64,000 nucleotides of DNA from Candidatus Bathyarchaeia archaeon (GCA_050013255.1 JBEKFP010000001.1:32001-96000); one strand, 5' to 3'. Numbered from the stretch's first letter, positions 46,155-56,665 are shown. A program made the numbers and translations. The notes: generated by a model not told the origin, from the letters alone.

Positions 46155-47608
46155 ACTCATTCTTTGACCCCAAATCCCTAGCCATTGTTGGTGCATCGTC
46201 CACACCCCTCCGCATAGGCTACGTCATGGCCCAAAACATGGTGGCCAATCATGCGAGAGGAATTTTCAAAGGCGAAGTTTACCTAGTAAACCCGAACCAC
46301 GACGAAATCCTCGGCCAGAGGAGCTACCCTTCCATCTCGGCGATCAAGAGGCATGTTGAGACAATCGTGGTGGCCATCCCCGCTGCAGGCGTCCCAGATG
46401 TGATCGAAGAAGCTGGAAAAGCCGGGGCTAACGCAGCGATAGTAATATCGTCGGGATTCGCGGAGGTCGGCAACAGAGCATTAGAAGATAAACTCGTAGA
46501 CGTAGCGAGAAGATACGGAATCAGGGTAGTAGGGCCGAACTGCCTGGGAATCTATGACGCCTATACCGGCATGGACACGCTTTTCCTACCGGAAACAAAA
46601 TTCCTCTCGGACGGGCGCGAAGTCGTCGCGACCCCACGGCCGAGACCTGGTTCAGTCTCGTTCCTAACCCAGAGCGGGGCATTCGGTGCAGCGGCGTTAG
46701 ACTACATGGCAGGCCATGGGATGGGCATACGTGGATTCGTTAGTTATGGGAATAGGTGCGACGTGACAGAGGATGAGTTCCTTGAATACTTCACGAACGA
46801 CGGCCAAACCAAAGTAATCCTGATGTACGTTGAAGGCCTCGCCAAAGGAAGAGAATTCCTTGAAAGGGCAAAGGAGGCCACAAGAAAGAAACCGGTCGTT
46901 GCGCTCAAGTCAGGTAGGACAGAGGCGGGAACTAGAGCCGCCGCATCACATACCGCAGCCCTAGCCGGGATCGAGCAGATTTACGAGGGAGCGTTCAAGC
47001 AAGCAGGAATCATAAGGGTGCGAAACGTTGAAGAGCTATTCGACTTCGGGCGTGCGTTAGCCCTTCAACCCCCAGCATATACGCAAAGCGTAGCCGTTCT
47101 GACGAACGCTGGCGGACCAGGAATTATTGCGGCTGACGCACTGGAAGAATCTGGGTTGAAGGTGCACAAGTTTTCTGAACGAATCATGTCGAAATTCGAT
47201 GACTTCAAGGCGAAGAAGCTGCTTCTGCCAGTTCTTTCAGGGTTCAATCCCATGGACCTTTCGGCAGAGGCCACGAGCGAGATGTTTGCGCTCGCCATAT
47301 CAACGATCTTGGACGATCCCGAAATAGGAGGGCTTGTCTTGATTACGTTGCACCACGCTCCGACGATACTTGATGATGCTGTGGATAAGATCGCGAAAAC
47401 TATACCAAAATACGGAAAACCTGTTACAGTATGCGACATGGGCGGAACGGAAATGGCGGAGACAATGAGAATGGCGTTTGAGAAGAGGGGCATACCATCC
47501 TACTCGGTGCCCGAAAGGGCCGCTCGTGCACTCTGGGCATTGTCATACTACGGAACTTATTTGCAAGACCATGGTGTTGTAAGGGCCGCAGGGGAAATCG
47601 CAGCTTAG
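46088..47608 (+). CDS. ADP-forming acyl-CoA synthetase alpha subunit (CoA-binding)
   Basis: AIVGAS, GPNCLG, QSGA, SHTAALAG (phospho-His), TNAGGPG; true start may lie downstream. Confidence 0.92.
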   Translation: MSILERAEERGRRSIPKEGRSLDSFFDPKSLAIVGASSTPLRIGYVMAQNMVANHARGIFKGEVYLVNPNHDEILGQRSYPSISAIKRHVETIVVAIPAAGVPDVIEEAGKAGANAAIVISSGFAEVGNRALEDKLVDVARRYGIRVVGPNCLGIYDAYTGMDTLFLPETKFLSDGREVVATPRPRPGSVSFLTQSGAFGAAALDYMAGHGMGIRGFVSYGNRCDVTEDEFLEYFTNDGQTKVILMYVEGLAKGREFLERAKEATRKKPVVALKSGRTEAGTRAAASHTAALAGIEQIYEGAFKQAGIIRVRNVEELFDFGRALALQPPAYTQSVAVLTNAGGPGIIAADALEESGLKVHKFSERIMSKFDDFKAKKLLLPVLSGFNPMDLSAEATSEMFALAISTILDDPEIGGLVLITLHHAPTILDDAVDKIAKTIPKYGKPVTVCDMGGTEMAETMRMAFEKRGIPSYSVPERAARALWALSYYGTYLQDHGVVRAAGEIAA

Positions 47609-47621
47609 GATAAGACTCCTT

Positions 47622-48785
47622 TTGTTAGTCACAAGTTTGCCCAAGTATGTTGAGGAGCTCAAAAGCCACCCCTTAGATCCACTCGTTTCGAGCCTGGTTG
47701 ACTCCTCAGCCGACAGCAACCTCGCCAAGATAGTAGGCTTGCTGAGGGAACGCGGTGTTTACGAAGTCTTCGTTCCGGAAGGCACTCGGTGCGGAATGAT
47801 ATGCGCGAGGGACGTTTTGAAGACAACTAACATTGAAACTACGAAAACCAGTGCCGTTATGTCATACGTCCCTTCGCTTGAGAGAGATGCGTTAGTCAGC
47901 GAAGCGGCTAGGCTGATGACGGACTACAGAGTAAGAGCCGTGCCCATTTCTGACGGTCGCAAAATCATTGGTCAAGTAAACTGCGGGCGCATCCTCCTGG
48001 AATTGAAAGGTAAGCTCGGTGGTGACCTACGAATCGCTTCTCTTGCGACAAAGGATCCTATAACGGTCGACGACACGGCGCCGGTTGGGAAAGCGAGAGA
48101 ACTCATGGTTCGGAAGCGAATCGACCATCTACCAGTGACTACAAGAGGCAGAATAGCTGGAACCATAACGTCCTTTCAAATCCTCACAAGCATGGCCCCA
48201 CCAGAACGGGTTGGAAGCAAATCGACGAAACCCGAAATCCGGCGCAACCTCGAGTATCTAGTTGGCGATGCGATGGAGCGAGACCCTTTGACCTGTTCCC
48301 CTGAAACTAGCGCCGAACAAGCTTTGGATATGATGCTAAAGAGCCAAAGAACTTGCATTCTCGTCACACAATGGGAGGAACTCCAAGGAATAGCCACCCA
48401 AAGAGATTTCATGGCCCTCCTTGCTGAGGCAGAGCCTGAACCTGAAGTCCCGGTCTTTATGGTTGGACTTCCCGAGGATCCGTTCGAGGCTGAGGCAACG
48501 AAAGCGAAGTTCAAACGAACCATTACTCAGCTCCACCGGAGTTTTCCTGACATTCTCGAAGCGAGGTCTGTCATAAAATCAAAATTCACGAAGCCCGGTA
48601 GGGAGCGAGGTCGGTATGAAGTGACGGTTCATATCAAGACGCCTAGGAACGCTTACAGTTACTCAGAAGGCGGTTATGAACTCCCAGTCATATACGACCT
48701 GATAACGGACAGACTTAAACGCCTACTAACGCAGAAACAAAAACGCCGAAGAACGCGCGAGAGGGAGCGACAAGAAGCAGTCTAG
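47622..48785 (+). CDS. Tandem-CBS protein with C-terminal HPF/RaiA-like domain (putative ribosome hibernation factor)
   Basis: Four CBS-like repeats, then a beta-alpha-beta3-alpha region (RYEVTVHIKTP...YDLITDRLKRLL) and a basic tail. Confidence 0.7.
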   Translation: MLVTSLPKYVEELKSHPLDPLVSSLVDSSADSNLAKIVGLLRERGVYEVFVPEGTRCGMICARDVLKTTNIETTKTSAVMSYVPSLERDALVSEAARLMTDYRVRAVPISDGRKIIGQVNCGRILLELKGKLGGDLRIASLATKDPITVDDTAPVGKARELMVRKRIDHLPVTTRGRIAGTITSFQILTSMAPPERVGSKSTKPEIRRNLEYLVGDAMERDPLTCSPETSAEQALDMMLKSQRTCILVTQWEELQGIATQRDFMALLAEAEPEPEVPVFMVGLPEDPFEAEATKAKFKRTITQLHRSFPDILEARSVIKSKFTKPGRERGRYEVTVHIKTPRNAYSYSEGGYELPVIYDLITDRLKRLLTQKQKRRRTRERERQEAV

Positions 48786-48816
48786 TTCGCTTTGAACTAT
48801 CAGGAGTAATTACTAC

Positions 48817-50841
48817 TTGCTGCTGCCTACCAGAATGAAGAGGGTTGAGATCATTGTCCCGCAAAGAAAGTTCGATGACGTCATGCTCTACCTCCGCGAA
48901 CAGAACGCGATTGAACTCCTTGACGTTAAGGAAATGATCAAGGGGTACGGTGGCGGCGTAACCTCAACAACAGTCTCGGATAGACTCTACCGACTTACGA
49001 CACTTGAATCAAAAATCAATTCAATCATAGCAGCACTCCAACTCACATCGCTGCAATCGAAACAAGTTCAAGTGGACCGAAGAATCTCTGATGAGCAAAT
49101 CGCCGAAATCGAGAAGCGAGTGGCCGAAATCGAACAGCAAGTAACCACACTCACAAACGAATCCCAAGCCATCGAATCATTGATTTCCTACGCAGAGCGA
49201 CAGCTGCACGCCAGCATAGAGGAAATCACGAAAATCGAGAACGTAAATTCACCCGAAGGAAGACATAGGCTCGAAGAAATCGTCGCCGGTATCTTCCAGA
49301 CGCTTAAACCTTCAGAGATTAAGATCACTGGGCAGCTTGAAGAAATAGTCCAAGCTAAGGCATTGGAAGACGCCGTTGTCAAGGACATTTCAGATAATGT
49401 GGCCAAGATCCTAGCCAAAAAGCGTGACGAAAAAGCGATTGCTGACGCCATCACGCAGACGCTAGGCCTCAAACTGAAGGCCGCGGGTCGAGGCAAACGG
49501 TTAGCATATGAGGACACTAGTAGAATTGAAGAGTCGAAGCAGAGACTCAGGGAACTCAAAGAAAAGCTTACTGAAATAAGCCGAACCGATGGCGATTTCC
49601 TTCTAATCAACAGGGAGATTATCGGCGCAGAGAGAGCCTTCGAGCAGGCCAAGGCGTACACAGGCAAAACAGAATCGACTTCTATGATTGAGGGGTGGAT
49701 GCCCGCCTCAAAAATCAACACAATCAGATCCGCGCTTCAAGAGATGTGCGGCGGGGAAGTGATAATGAAGGATTGGGTGAGTAAAGATGCGCCGACTAAT
49801 GTCTCGAAGCCGAAACTCCCAGTGCTTCAGATTTTCGAAAAGCTGACCCTTGGCTTCGGCGTCCCAAACAGTGATGAGGTTGACCCCACGGTATTGTGGC
49901 TCGTCACCTACCCACTCTTTTTCGGATTCATGTTTGGCGATGTGGGTAACGGGTTTGTAGTGATGGTTGTTTCAACAATATTCTGGATCAAGAAGAGGCA
50001 GGGGTTGGTTATTTCGGACAATGCTTACGGCGGTTTAGGAGGAGTATTCAGCATGATAATTCAAGGAGCACCATTACTCGTGCTCAGTGGCGCCTCAGCG
50101 CTCGTTGTAGGATTCCTCTACGGGACGGTTTTCGGCAGCGTCGCATGGTTCCGAATGGTCACGGGCCTCCCGGGACCTCTATGGTTCGAACCTTTCGAGA
50201 ATATTCGGCTGATGCTGAGGCTGTCCATTACTATCGGGGTAATCCATATCATGTCAGGCCTATGCTTGGACATATTCAACAAGGCCTACGCTAGGGAATA
50301 TCACGAACTAGTTTCTGGCCCGCTCGTTTGGCTCTGGTTCTACGGCGCTTTTGGGATTACGTTGCTTCAATACGGGCTGCGATTTCCAAATTACCTCTTC
50401 GACTCCAAGAACACGGTCGACATCTTCCTTAGGATAGGACTCCCGCTCATCGCCATGATGGTGCTGAAGCTTTGGGCAGAAGGGTCCATGGGTCTTATGC
50501 ACGGCTTCGAAAATCTCTTGTCGTCCCTGTCCCACACGATTTCCTATGTTCGAATTTTAGCCATGAAGTTGATCGACGACGTCTTTCTCCGGCTCTTCCT
50601 CGGAGTTCTCGTCTTCTTCATGGCTTGGGGCAATGTTGCTGGGACAGTTCTAGGGTACGTGCTTTTCTCAGCCTTAACGATCGTACTAATTCTGATTTTG
50701 GAAACAGCTTTTGTGTTCATGCAGTCGCTTCGACTTCACTGGGTCGAGTGGTTCATGAAATTCTATGGTGGCAACGGGACAGCCTTCAAACCATACGGCG
50801 CCGAGCGGGCTCACACGAAGGTTCGTACAGGCGCACAGTAG
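48817..50841 (+). CDS. atpI: A/V-type ATP synthase subunit I (a)
   Basis: FFGFMFGDVG, SYVRILA (essential Arg), LRLHWVEWFMKFYGG. Confidence 0.93.
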   Translation: MLLPTRMKRVEIIVPQRKFDDVMLYLREQNAIELLDVKEMIKGYGGGVTSTTVSDRLYRLTTLESKINSIIAALQLTSLQSKQVQVDRRISDEQIAEIEKRVAEIEQQVTTLTNESQAIESLISYAERQLHASIEEITKIENVNSPEGRHRLEEIVAGIFQTLKPSEIKITGQLEEIVQAKALEDAVVKDISDNVAKILAKKRDEKAIADAITQTLGLKLKAAGRGKRLAYEDTSRIEESKQRLRELKEKLTEISRTDGDFLLINREIIGAERAFEQAKAYTGKTESTSMIEGWMPASKINTIRSALQEMCGGEVIMKDWVSKDAPTNVSKPKLPVLQIFEKLTLGFGVPNSDEVDPTVLWLVTYPLFFGFMFGDVGNGFVVMVVSTIFWIKKRQGLVISDNAYGGLGGVFSMIIQGAPLLVLSGASALVVGFLYGTVFGSVAWFRMVTGLPGPLWFEPFENIRLMLRLSITIGVIHIMSGLCLDIFNKAYAREYHELVSGPLVWLWFYGAFGITLLQYGLRFPNYLFDSKNTVDIFLRIGLPLIAMMVLKLWAEGSMGLMHGFENLLSSLSHTISYVRILAMKLIDDVFLRLFLGVLVFFMAWGNVAGTVLGYVLFSALTIVLILILETAFVFMQSLRLHWVEWFMKFYGGNGTAFKPYGAERAHTKVRTGAQ

Positions 50842-50899
50842 GCTATTCTGAAATTGAACTAGCTTCGAAAGTCTGATTCCATGTCGTCGGTCAAACTTT

Positions 50900-52294
50900 T
50901 TGAAGTCTTGGCGCACGGGTTTATATGAGCCTTGTCGCTTCCGTATCAGACAATTCAGGCGAGGCGCACAATCAACGAGCCATACGGCTTCAATCCAAGT
51001 ACAAGCGGTCAACGACATTGTCGCGCAGCTACAGGATTATGGATTAACCCGCAATGAGGCTCGCGTCCTAGTCTTCCTCGCCAAGACCGGGCCCTCAAAA
51101 GCCAGTGAAGTGGCTCGCGCAGTGCAAATCAACCGCACGGAAACTTACAGGACAATACGGAACCTTCAACGCCGTGGACTGGTGGAAGCCACGCTCGAAA
51201 GGCCGGTGCGCTTCCAATCCGTTCCATTTGACAGGTGCCTGCGCATCCTAATCGACGAGAGAAAGGCGAGGTTGAGGATTCTCGAGCAACGCGGCGAAGA
51301 TTTGCGCCGCCAATTCGATGATGTGCGCGTCGAACCTGTCAGTCAAGAAGTTGAACGATTTCAAGTAGTGGGAGGAAGGCTTCGAATTGAGCAACGATTG
51401 CACGGTATGTACACCCAAGCCCAGAAATCGATCATGACTGTTCTATCACCATCGGAAGTGATACGGGCCGATACGTCAGACCTGTTTGACTTGCTTGGAA
51501 ACGCAGCGAAGAATGGCCTTCGCGTCCGTGTGATTACAGCGATCAATCAAAGCAATTTACAAATTGTAGAGAAGTTCCGCGAGAGGATCGAGATAAGGCA
51601 TCTCGACCTAAAGGCGAAACCGATCCCTAGGGTTTCTATAATCGATGATAGTGAAGCCCTCTTCGAAATTACAACTGTCGACGAGAGCCCGAGAACCGAG
51701 GAAGAGGTTGCACTATGGATCAACAGCCGCGCCTTCGTGAGAAACCTCCAAGCCTACTTTGAGGAGATGTGGAATTCAGGCACGCCAGCTGAAGGCCGTT
51801 TAGAGGCAGTGCGAAAAGGAATACCCCCTGACGACCTTAGAATATTCAAAGGAAGACCAGAAGTAAGCGGCAAACTCAACGAGATGATCACATCAGCCAA
51901 CCAGAGCGTTGAGATATGGACGACGATGAGGGGAATCCAGGCTCTCGCGGACTTCCACTTCGGCCAGCTCAAGGAAGCAAAGGCTCGAGGAGCAAAGATA
52001 CGCATCATTGCACCCATCACAAGCGAGAATACAGAAGGTGCACGCAAGCTCGTGCCCGTCTCCGAATTACGTTATTCTGAAGCTCTTGGCCCGGCGGGAA
52101 TTGCGATTGCGGACCAAAGAGAGTTAATGCTGTTCGAGAGACTGCCCGACGACAATAACGCCGAGGTGGGCGCTGACGTGGGTTTCTGGACCAATAGTAC
52201 CCGCTTCATAGAAACTATGAGCAGAGCTTACGATGCGTTGTGGAAAGGCGTATTTGCGATTTACACGCCAAAGCGCCGCGTGCTGCGCAGCTAG
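50900..52294 (+). CDS. TrmB-family transcriptional regulator with duplicated effector domain
   Basis: YGLTRNEARV...RTETYRTIRNLQRRGLV wHTH; two PLD-like effector repeats; start uncertain. Confidence 0.88.
   Translation: MKSWRTGLYEPCRFRIRQFRRGAQSTSHTASIQVQAVNDIVAQLQDYGLTRNEARVLVFLAKTGPSKASEVARAVQINRTETYRTIRNLQRRGLVEATLERPVRFQSVPFDRCLRILIDERKARLRILEQRGEDLRRQFDDVRVEPVSQEVERFQVVGGRLRIEQRLHGMYTQAQKSIMTVLSPSEVIRADTSDLFDLLGNAAKNGLRVRVITAINQSNLQIVEKFRERIEIRHLDLKAKPIPRVSIIDDSEALFEITTVDESPRTEEEVALWINSRAFVRNLQAYFEEMWNSGTPAEGRLEAVRKGIPPDDLRIFKGRPEVSGKLNEMITSANQSVEIWTTMRGIQALADFHFGQLKEAKARGAKIRIIAPITSENTEGARKLVPVSELRYSEALGPAGIAIADQRELMLFERLPDDNNAEVGADVGFWTNSTRFIETMSRAYDALWKGVFAIYTPKRRVLRS
50920..50926 (+). 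promoter_or_regulatory. Candidate TATA box of the trmB gene
   Basis: TTTATAT, immediately followed by GAGCCTTGTCG, which recurs at 52337. Confidence 0.4.
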
Positions 52295-52357
52295 GCCATG
52301 AGCCTGTACTCCTGCGAAACCCAGCAGCTACAATTGGAGCCTTGTCGTTTGCCCAAA

Positions 52358-53218
52358 ATGAGGTTTGGATGCCAGCTTCCCCAAGACCTTGATGACTTTG
52401 ACCGCCTAGTGGACGTGGCGAAAAATTGCGAGAGGCTTGGATATGACAGCCTGTGGACCTATGACCACCTTTCACCTTTCTGGTCGCGCTCCGGCCGAGG
52501 GTTAGAGTGCTGGACCACTCTGTCGGCAATTGCTGGACGCACGGAGACCGTAAAGGTGGGTACCCTAGTTACGAACATTGCCCTACGCAATCCGAGTTTG
52601 CTCGCCAAAATGTCGAGCACCGTCGACAACATCAGCGGCGGCCGGCTCATACTCGGCCTAGGAACTGGAGACAAACTGAGTCGTAAAGAATTGAACTCTT
52701 ATGGCTATGGATTTCCAGGTCTAGATGAACGAATGGAACGCCTAAAGGAAAGCATTCTCATTCTGAAAGCCCTGTGGACAAAGAATGAAGTCACTTTTCA
52801 AGGAAAGTATTACAGGATTACAAAGGCCGTAAACGTTCCTAAGCCAAAGCAACGCCCCCATCCCCCAATCTGGATTGGAGGGAAGCATCTCAGGATTTTG
52901 GATATTGTTGCAGAGTTTGCTGACGGATGGAACCATTGGGGCCTCCGTAAGGATGAGTTGGAACGACGCAGCAGTTATCTCGCTAAGAAGTGCGCCGAAT
53001 TCGGGCGTAATCCACGCAGTATCGTCAAATCATGGTCTGGAACCTATCGGCAACTTGCTCAGCCAACAAGGAACTATTCAGAATTGGTGGAAAAGATGTC
53101 TAGGAACTTGCGGGACCAGACTGACCCGGAGACGAGTTATTTCATTGCATGTTTTGACTCGCGGGCCGAACAAGAGAGTTATCAAGCCTTTGCTGATGCC
53201 GTGAAGAGTTTGGATTAG
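52358..53218 (+). CDS. LLM-class (luciferase-like, probably F420-dependent) oxidoreductase
   Basis: GYDSLWTYDHL, RNPSLLAK, GGRLILGLGTG, PPIWIGG. Confidence 0.92.
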   Translation: MRFGCQLPQDLDDFDRLVDVAKNCERLGYDSLWTYDHLSPFWSRSGRGLECWTTLSAIAGRTETVKVGTLVTNIALRNPSLLAKMSSTVDNISGGRLILGLGTGDKLSRKELNSYGYGFPGLDERMERLKESILILKALWTKNEVTFQGKYYRITKAVNVPKPKQRPHPPIWIGGKHLRILDIVAEFADGWNHWGLRKDELERRSSYLAKKCAEFGRNPRSIVKSWSGTYRQLAQPTRNYSELVEKMSRNLRDQTDPETSYFIACFDSRAEQESYQAFADAVKSLD

Positions 53219-53225
53219 AATACCC

Positions 53226-53945
53226 ATGCACTCCCTCGATCATCATAGAATAAAGACACGTCAAGTTACGTTGGCCGCGTCCTTCGCCGCAGTCTACTTC
53301 GTGCTTCGAACCATTCCCACTTTTCAAATGGTCGGCATATCCGGCCGATTCAGTGCAGCCGATTTCCTGCTGACCACGATTGCCATGCTGTGCGGCTTAT
53401 GGGGCGGCGTACTTTCCGTAGTGATTGGGACGATCTTGGCTTATGGCTTGAGGCCCCCTATTTTCTTCGGCCTCGATTTCCTACCCGCTATCGCGAACGT
53501 AGCTATAGCTGCCCTTCTGCTCAAAGGCCGCTATAGAACAGCGCGGGGCATTTATGTCGCAATCTTTTTCGCGTTTGTACTCAGCCCGTACAGTCTGTTG
53601 TTTGAATATGGGTATGTGCCTTACACGTGGCTTCATATTGTTGCACTAATCGTTCTCCTATCACCAATAGCGGTCAAGGTTCCTGCTTGGTTGAGCGGCT
53701 ATGGTTACCGGCAGATTGTCGCCATAGGCACGTTGGCCTTTGTGGGAACAATGGGACAACACCTTGTAGGAGGACTTCTTTACGAATTAGCCGTCGGAGT
53801 GGTTGGGGGAGTTAGCCCATCAAATTTGGCTCTTACTTGGCGTATCATTTTCTTGGCTTACCCAATCGAACGACTCCTCACCGTGATCCTTTCAACGATC
53901 ATGGCGCTTGCCGTGCAGCGTTCCATCAAGAAATGGATGCCCTAG
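53226..53945 (+). CDS. Membrane protein, ECF S-component-like
   Basis: About 7 TM, N-terminal AxxxA pattern and C-terminal YPIER. Confidence 0.6.
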   Translation: MHSLDHHRIKTRQVTLAASFAAVYFVLRTIPTFQMVGISGRFSAADFLLTTIAMLCGLWGGVLSVVIGTILAYGLRPPIFFGLDFLPAIANVAIAALLLKGRYRTARGIYVAIFFAFVLSPYSLLFEYGYVPYTWLHIVALIVLLSPIAVKVPAWLSGYGYRQIVAIGTLAFVGTMGQHLVGGLLYELAVGVVGGVSPSNLALTWRIIFLAYPIERLLTVILSTIMALAVQRSIKKWMP

Positions 53946-53985
53946 CTTTCTTCGCCTCATAGCGAAAATGGTGATAGCTTGGAGT

Positions 53986-55098
53986 TCAGCCGATTTCTTT
54001 CAGTTTGGCTGGCAAATATTTGTCTACGATGTAGGCCAACCCGTATCGGCTGAAAGCTTCTTGTTCTGCTTTTTTCTTAACTTTCAGGAATGTTGCAATT
54101 TCATCTTTCCATAGCTTTCCGTTGTACCTAGGGTCCTTCTCAAGTTCATAGAGCCTCTTTATGTCGAGGTCTGTTAGAGGGTCGCTTGGAAGTTTGTAAT
54201 CTACGATATCAGAGGCCCACACCCCCGCCCATTTGGCGTCTGGCGTGTTTAGTTCCCGAAGGTGGGCGGCGTTTGCTGAGCCGGATATTATTACATTGGC
54301 GATGTGCATTCCCCAGGGGTCTGCGTCGCAGAAAATGTACACTGGGAGCCCCAATTCTTTGTTCAATCTTCGAAGGAGCGCTCGTGTTGCGCGCGGTGCC
54401 TGGCCTGCAGTGTGAATCAATAAAGCCTTGTACTTCTCGTGAACCCTCTCCTCAATAAAACGTGTGAAGAGCCCGCCTTTCTCGATAGCAATAATCTTGT
54501 CAGCTTTACACTCAGCAAATTCTGCGTTCGTAAGCGCTGGGCCGATCATCATCCCGTCTGGGTGCGACGATAGGTTGAGCTCCTTACCTTCATATCCGCG
54601 AACGGTATACTGGATGGTTAGATCGCCGAAGATTGCGCTACGCTCCTCAGGAAATACGTTAAAGTCCTCTCTAGAATACCCAAGAACTGTTTCAAGGTCA
54701 GTGATTATATCGTCACTTTCCGCTTGATCTGCGAAGCTCATTTCGTAAGCTTGCGCTGAGTAGAATACGTCTCTCAAGGTTGAGGTCTTCCCTTCGCGTG
54801 CCAGTTCGTCGACGAAGGACCCGGTCCAGACGAGCTGCGTTAGTGGCCTGATATGCCTTATGTTTCGGGCGCTACGCCTCACGTAATGTTCGCCGAGCAC
54901 GTATTGCCGGGTTTTTTCATCGTAGCGTATGTTCTTTATCGACCGGCTGGGCATTCGGACCGAGGGCCATTGCTTCTGGGAGAGTTGCGAGTAGATTTGG
55001 TTACCCAAAGTTTTGAGGCTGTCTAATACCAAGCCTCTTCGTTGCTCGACTCGACTAGACCTGCTCTCCTTGGTCGTCTTCACTTTCCTCTTTTTCAT
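53986..55098 (-). CDS. top6A: DNA topoisomerase VI subunit A
   Basis: TLRDVFY (catalytic Tyr), IEK, DADPWG Toprim, KKAEQEA. Confidence 0.97.
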   Translation of the reverse strand: MKKRKVKTTKESRSSRVEQRRGLVLDSLKTLGNQIYSQLSQKQWPSVRMPSRSIKNIRYDEKTRQYVLGEHYVRRSARNIRHIRPLTQLVWTGSFVDELAREGKTSTLRDVFYSAQAYEMSFADQAESDDIITDLETVLGYSREDFNVFPEERSAIFGDLTIQYTVRGYEGKELNLSSHPDGMMIGPALTNAEFAECKADKIIAIEKGGLFTRFIEERVHEKYKALLIHTAGQAPRATRALLRRLNKELGLPVYIFCDADPWGMHIANVIISGSANAAHLRELNTPDAKWAGVWASDIVDYKLPSDPLTDLDIKRLYELEKDPRYNGKLWKDEIATFLKVKKKAEQEAFSRYGLAYIVDKYLPAKLKEIG

Positions 55099-56608
55099 GC
55101 CTCAAAACACTCCTGAGTAAGGGCGAAACATCTGGGGGCTTACCCTTCTTAGCAAGCTTGGCCGAGAAAGAAGCGATCTTTGGAAGGTATTTCTGGAACA
55201 CGTCAAGCCTGTGCTTGTCATGTGCCAAGTGAATCTTTTTCGAAAGGAATAACGAGAGTCTACGTGCGACCTCACGAACTGCGTTAAGCACTTCACGTTC
55301 TACGTCGGGGCGATCGGCGATGAATTCCTTGCCCACAGTTTTGTACGGGACCTTCGTGGAACAAATGTGAACGAAAACCGCTATCGGCATCTCAGGCGAG
55401 GCTTTGTAGTGCCGCCAGTCAACCTCCGTGTTTACAACTTTCCATGATACGTCACTCGCCTCGTCGAAGAGCAACGGAATCTTATTGGCGAATCTGAAAA
55501 GCTTGATTCCTCCACCGGCCTCAATTTGCCCGCCGTAGGCGACGCCCACTTCAACAATGAATGGAAAACCGGAGTAGGCCGATGGTTTTCTTTGATAAAC
55601 GGCTACGAATTCAGGAGCGAGTTCTTTCTTGATTCCGGCTTCAAGCAATTCTTCCCCAAGCGGTGACAGGCAACTTGCATCTGGGGCTAGGAACTTGTAG
55701 TTTTTCATTGCGTTTACGATTTTGACGATCTCTTCAGGTGTCAGTTTCTTCGGGTTTTTCTTGACGGGGAGGTCTACTTGTGTCAGGAATGAGGTGGCGA
55801 TTGTGCGGCCGACTCTGTGAAAGTGAGTTTTCATGAAACCGACGAGCGTATGTTCCTTAGTTAATTCGATAAGGCGCGTGATCGTTTCGACGTCGACGCC
55901 GTACGGGTGTGGTAGGGTTTCTTGCGGCGGTTTCGGCATTTGGACTGTGCCACGATCGAACCTGTAGAGCCTGCCCCTCGGGTCTACGTAGGTTATAGTT
56001 GCGTATGGAGCGACAATCGCGGTTGCCATTAGATAGTCGAGAATCTTGGACATCGCCCGGGTGTAGTCTGCTTCGGTGGAGAATTCGACAACGGCCCCGT
56101 GCCAATGATTATCGTTTGGGTGCGTCTTGTGCTTGATAATGACTGGTTTGTTCTTTTGGATGTCAATCATCAGATCGTATTGGTGTATCTTTGTTCGACC
56201 AGTGCTGGACATGATGGTTGCTGTGCCGTGGGTCGTGACCTGGCCGTAAAGTATGGCCATCTTGCCGCCCAACCCGAAGGTTCCTCGGGTCTGTCGAAGC
56301 TTGTATTTGGATCCGTAGAGAACTTGGCCGAAGGCGGAGGGTATGATATCGTGAGGTATCCCAATGCCGTTGTCTTCAATGTGGACCCTGTAGACACCAG
56401 GCCCATCTGTCGGACCCGATTCGTGCGACACTCGCAGATAGATGTCAGGAGGAATTTCACGTGTTTCGCAGGCGTCGAGTGAATTTTCGACTAACTCACG
56501 GATAGTAGAGTAGATAGCCCTCGTTGGGTTCGTGAATCCTGCGATGTCCCGGTTACGGTAGAAGAAATCTGCCGCCGATATTTCCTGGAATACTTCTTGG
56601 AGGGCCAT
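55055..56608 (-). CDS. top6B: DNA topoisomerase VI subunit B
   Basis: ELVENSLDA, DNGIG, RGTFGLG GHKL motifs; RFANKIPL. Confidence 0.97.
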   Translation of the reverse strand: MALQEVFQEISAADFFYRNRDIAGFTNPTRAIYSTIRELVENSLDACETREIPPDIYLRVSHESGPTDGPGVYRVHIEDNGIGIPHDIIPSAFGQVLYGSKYKLRQTRGTFGLGGKMAILYGQVTTHGTATIMSSTGRTKIHQYDLMIDIQKNKPVIIKHKTHPNDNHWHGAVVEFSTEADYTRAMSKILDYLMATAIVAPYATITYVDPRGRLYRFDRGTVQMPKPPQETLPHPYGVDVETITRLIELTKEHTLVGFMKTHFHRVGRTIATSFLTQVDLPVKKNPKKLTPEEIVKIVNAMKNYKFLAPDASCLSPLGEELLEAGIKKELAPEFVAVYQRKPSAYSGFPFIVEVGVAYGGQIEAGGGIKLFRFANKIPLLFDEASDVSWKVVNTEVDWRHYKASPEMPIAVFVHICSTKVPYKTVGKEFIADRPDVEREVLNAVREVARRLSLFLSKKIHLAHDKHRLDVFQKYLPKIASFSAKLAKKGKPPDVSPLLRSVLRHEKEESEDDQGEQV

Positions 56609-56665
56609 CAGGGTTCGCCTATCTTGTTGAAGGTGGGGCATAAAGCTGATGATGGTTGCTCCTCG

